A DNA stretch of 64,000 bases from Squalus acanthias (lineage: Eukaryota). The DNA is taken from the NCBI GenBank assembly GCA_030390025.1, contig CM059432.1, positions 85,438,001 through 85,502,000 of the forward strand, in the 5' to 3' direction. This document shows positions 63,201-64,000 of the stretch, piece by piece. The notes beneath the pieces are model-generated. The model was not told the DNA's origin, searched no databases, and saw only the letters and a list, made by a program, of their open reading frames with translations. Positions within the stretch are counted from its first letter, which is position 1; every line of letters starts with the position of its first letter. Made by a program: the position numbers and the translations under genes.

Positions 63201-63560
63201 AGATGAGGAGAAACTTCTTCACTCAGAGGGTAGTAGGTCTATGGAATTTGCTGCCCCAGGAAGCTGTGGAAGCTACATCATTAAATAAATTTAAAACAGA
63301 AATAGACAGTTTCCTAGAAGTAAAGGGAATTAGGGGTTACGGGGAGCGGGCAGGAAATTGGACATGAAGCTGAGTTCGGATCGGTCAAGGCCCTGTGGGT
63401 GGCGGAGCGGGCCCAGGGGCTGAGTGGCCGGGTCCTGCTCCTACTTCTTGTGTTCTTTAGATTTGAGGTTAGGATCAGATCAGCCATGATCTTATTGTAT
63501 GGCGGAGCAGGCTCGAGGGGCCGATTGGCCTACTCCTGCTCCTATTTCTTATGTTCTTAT
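60220..63560 (+). mobile_element. Young 5'-truncated CR1 (ORF1 C-terminus, near-intact ORF2, doubled 3' UTR)
   Basis: AAGT on both flanks; ORF1 FKFLGHWNRFWGRWDQYKPDGLHL...GLN*; ORF2 in 379-aa and 508-aa pieces. Confidence 0.93.
60420..63367 (+). pseudogene. CR1 ORF2 endonuclease-reverse transcriptase, broken by about two frameshifts near A/G runs (about 61600 and 61805)
   Basis: [60 protein letters not shown]. Confidence 0.9.
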
Positions 63561-64000
63561 AAGTTGGCCATGGTAGATTGGGAGACTACACTGAAAGGTA
63601 TGAAGGTGGACATACAATGGCTAACATTCAAGGAAATAATGCATAATTTGCAACAAACATATATTCCTCTGGGGCATAAAAACCCAAAAGAAAAAGTGAT
63701 CCAACCATGGCTAACAAAAGAAATTAAAGCTAGTATTAAGTCAAAGGAGGAAGCTTATAAAGTTGCCAGAAAAAGCGGTCAGCCTGAGGATTGGGATCTT
63801 TTTAGAAATCAGCAAAGGGGGACCAAGAAATTGATAAAGAAAGGGAAAATGGAATATGAGCACAAACTAGCGAAAAATATAAAAATGGATTGTAAAAGCT
63901 TCTATAGGTATGTGAAAAGGAAAAGACTGGCGAAGGTAAATGTAGGTCCTTTACAGTCAGAGAAGGGAGCATTTATAATGGGGAATGAGGAAATGGAAAA

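Larger units (their letters stand above)
59205..64000 (+). mobile_element. CR1 LINE (ORF1 end, EN, linker), interrupted by a younger CR1; runs off the window
   Basis: ORF1 end ...DRALN*, FLNARSIRNK, GDFN, SDHN; GMRDK|LAMVDW rejoins across 60219/63561. Confidence 0.88.

Overview
Repeat-dense, mostly non-genic vertebrate DNA, most likely from a shark or other cartilaginous fish (inferred from SacSINE1-like Deu-domain SINEs and abundant CR1/L2 LINEs). No host protein-coding gene is confidently visible, and most short ORFs in the track are TE debris. Contents: (i) several CR1 LINEs, including an ~11-kb copy carrying five nested insertions and a young, nearly intact copy at the right end; (ii) L2 and a third LINE family; (iii) an apparently intact 2,801-bp Tigger/pogo transposon (585-aa DD32D transposase, perfect 24-bp TIRs, TA TSD); (iv) a series of PIF/Harbinger elements, from a two-gene copy (transposase plus spliced Myb/SANT gene) through transposase-deleted copies to many MITEs with 3-bp TSDs; (v) Penelope-like 3' ends with minimal hammerhead ribozyme motifs; (vi) a G-rich minisatellite beside a CpG/NRF1 promoter-like segment. 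Best leads: a correctly phased U_UUA_AAC slippery heptamer at the ORF1/ORF2 junction of several divergent CR1 families (candidate -1 ribosomal frameshift), covarying hammerhead motifs, a Penelope insertion that carries an identical copy of 301 bp of nearby DNA, and MITEs that retain promoter and splice-donor cassettes. Boundaries of old elements are approximate and were read by eye.
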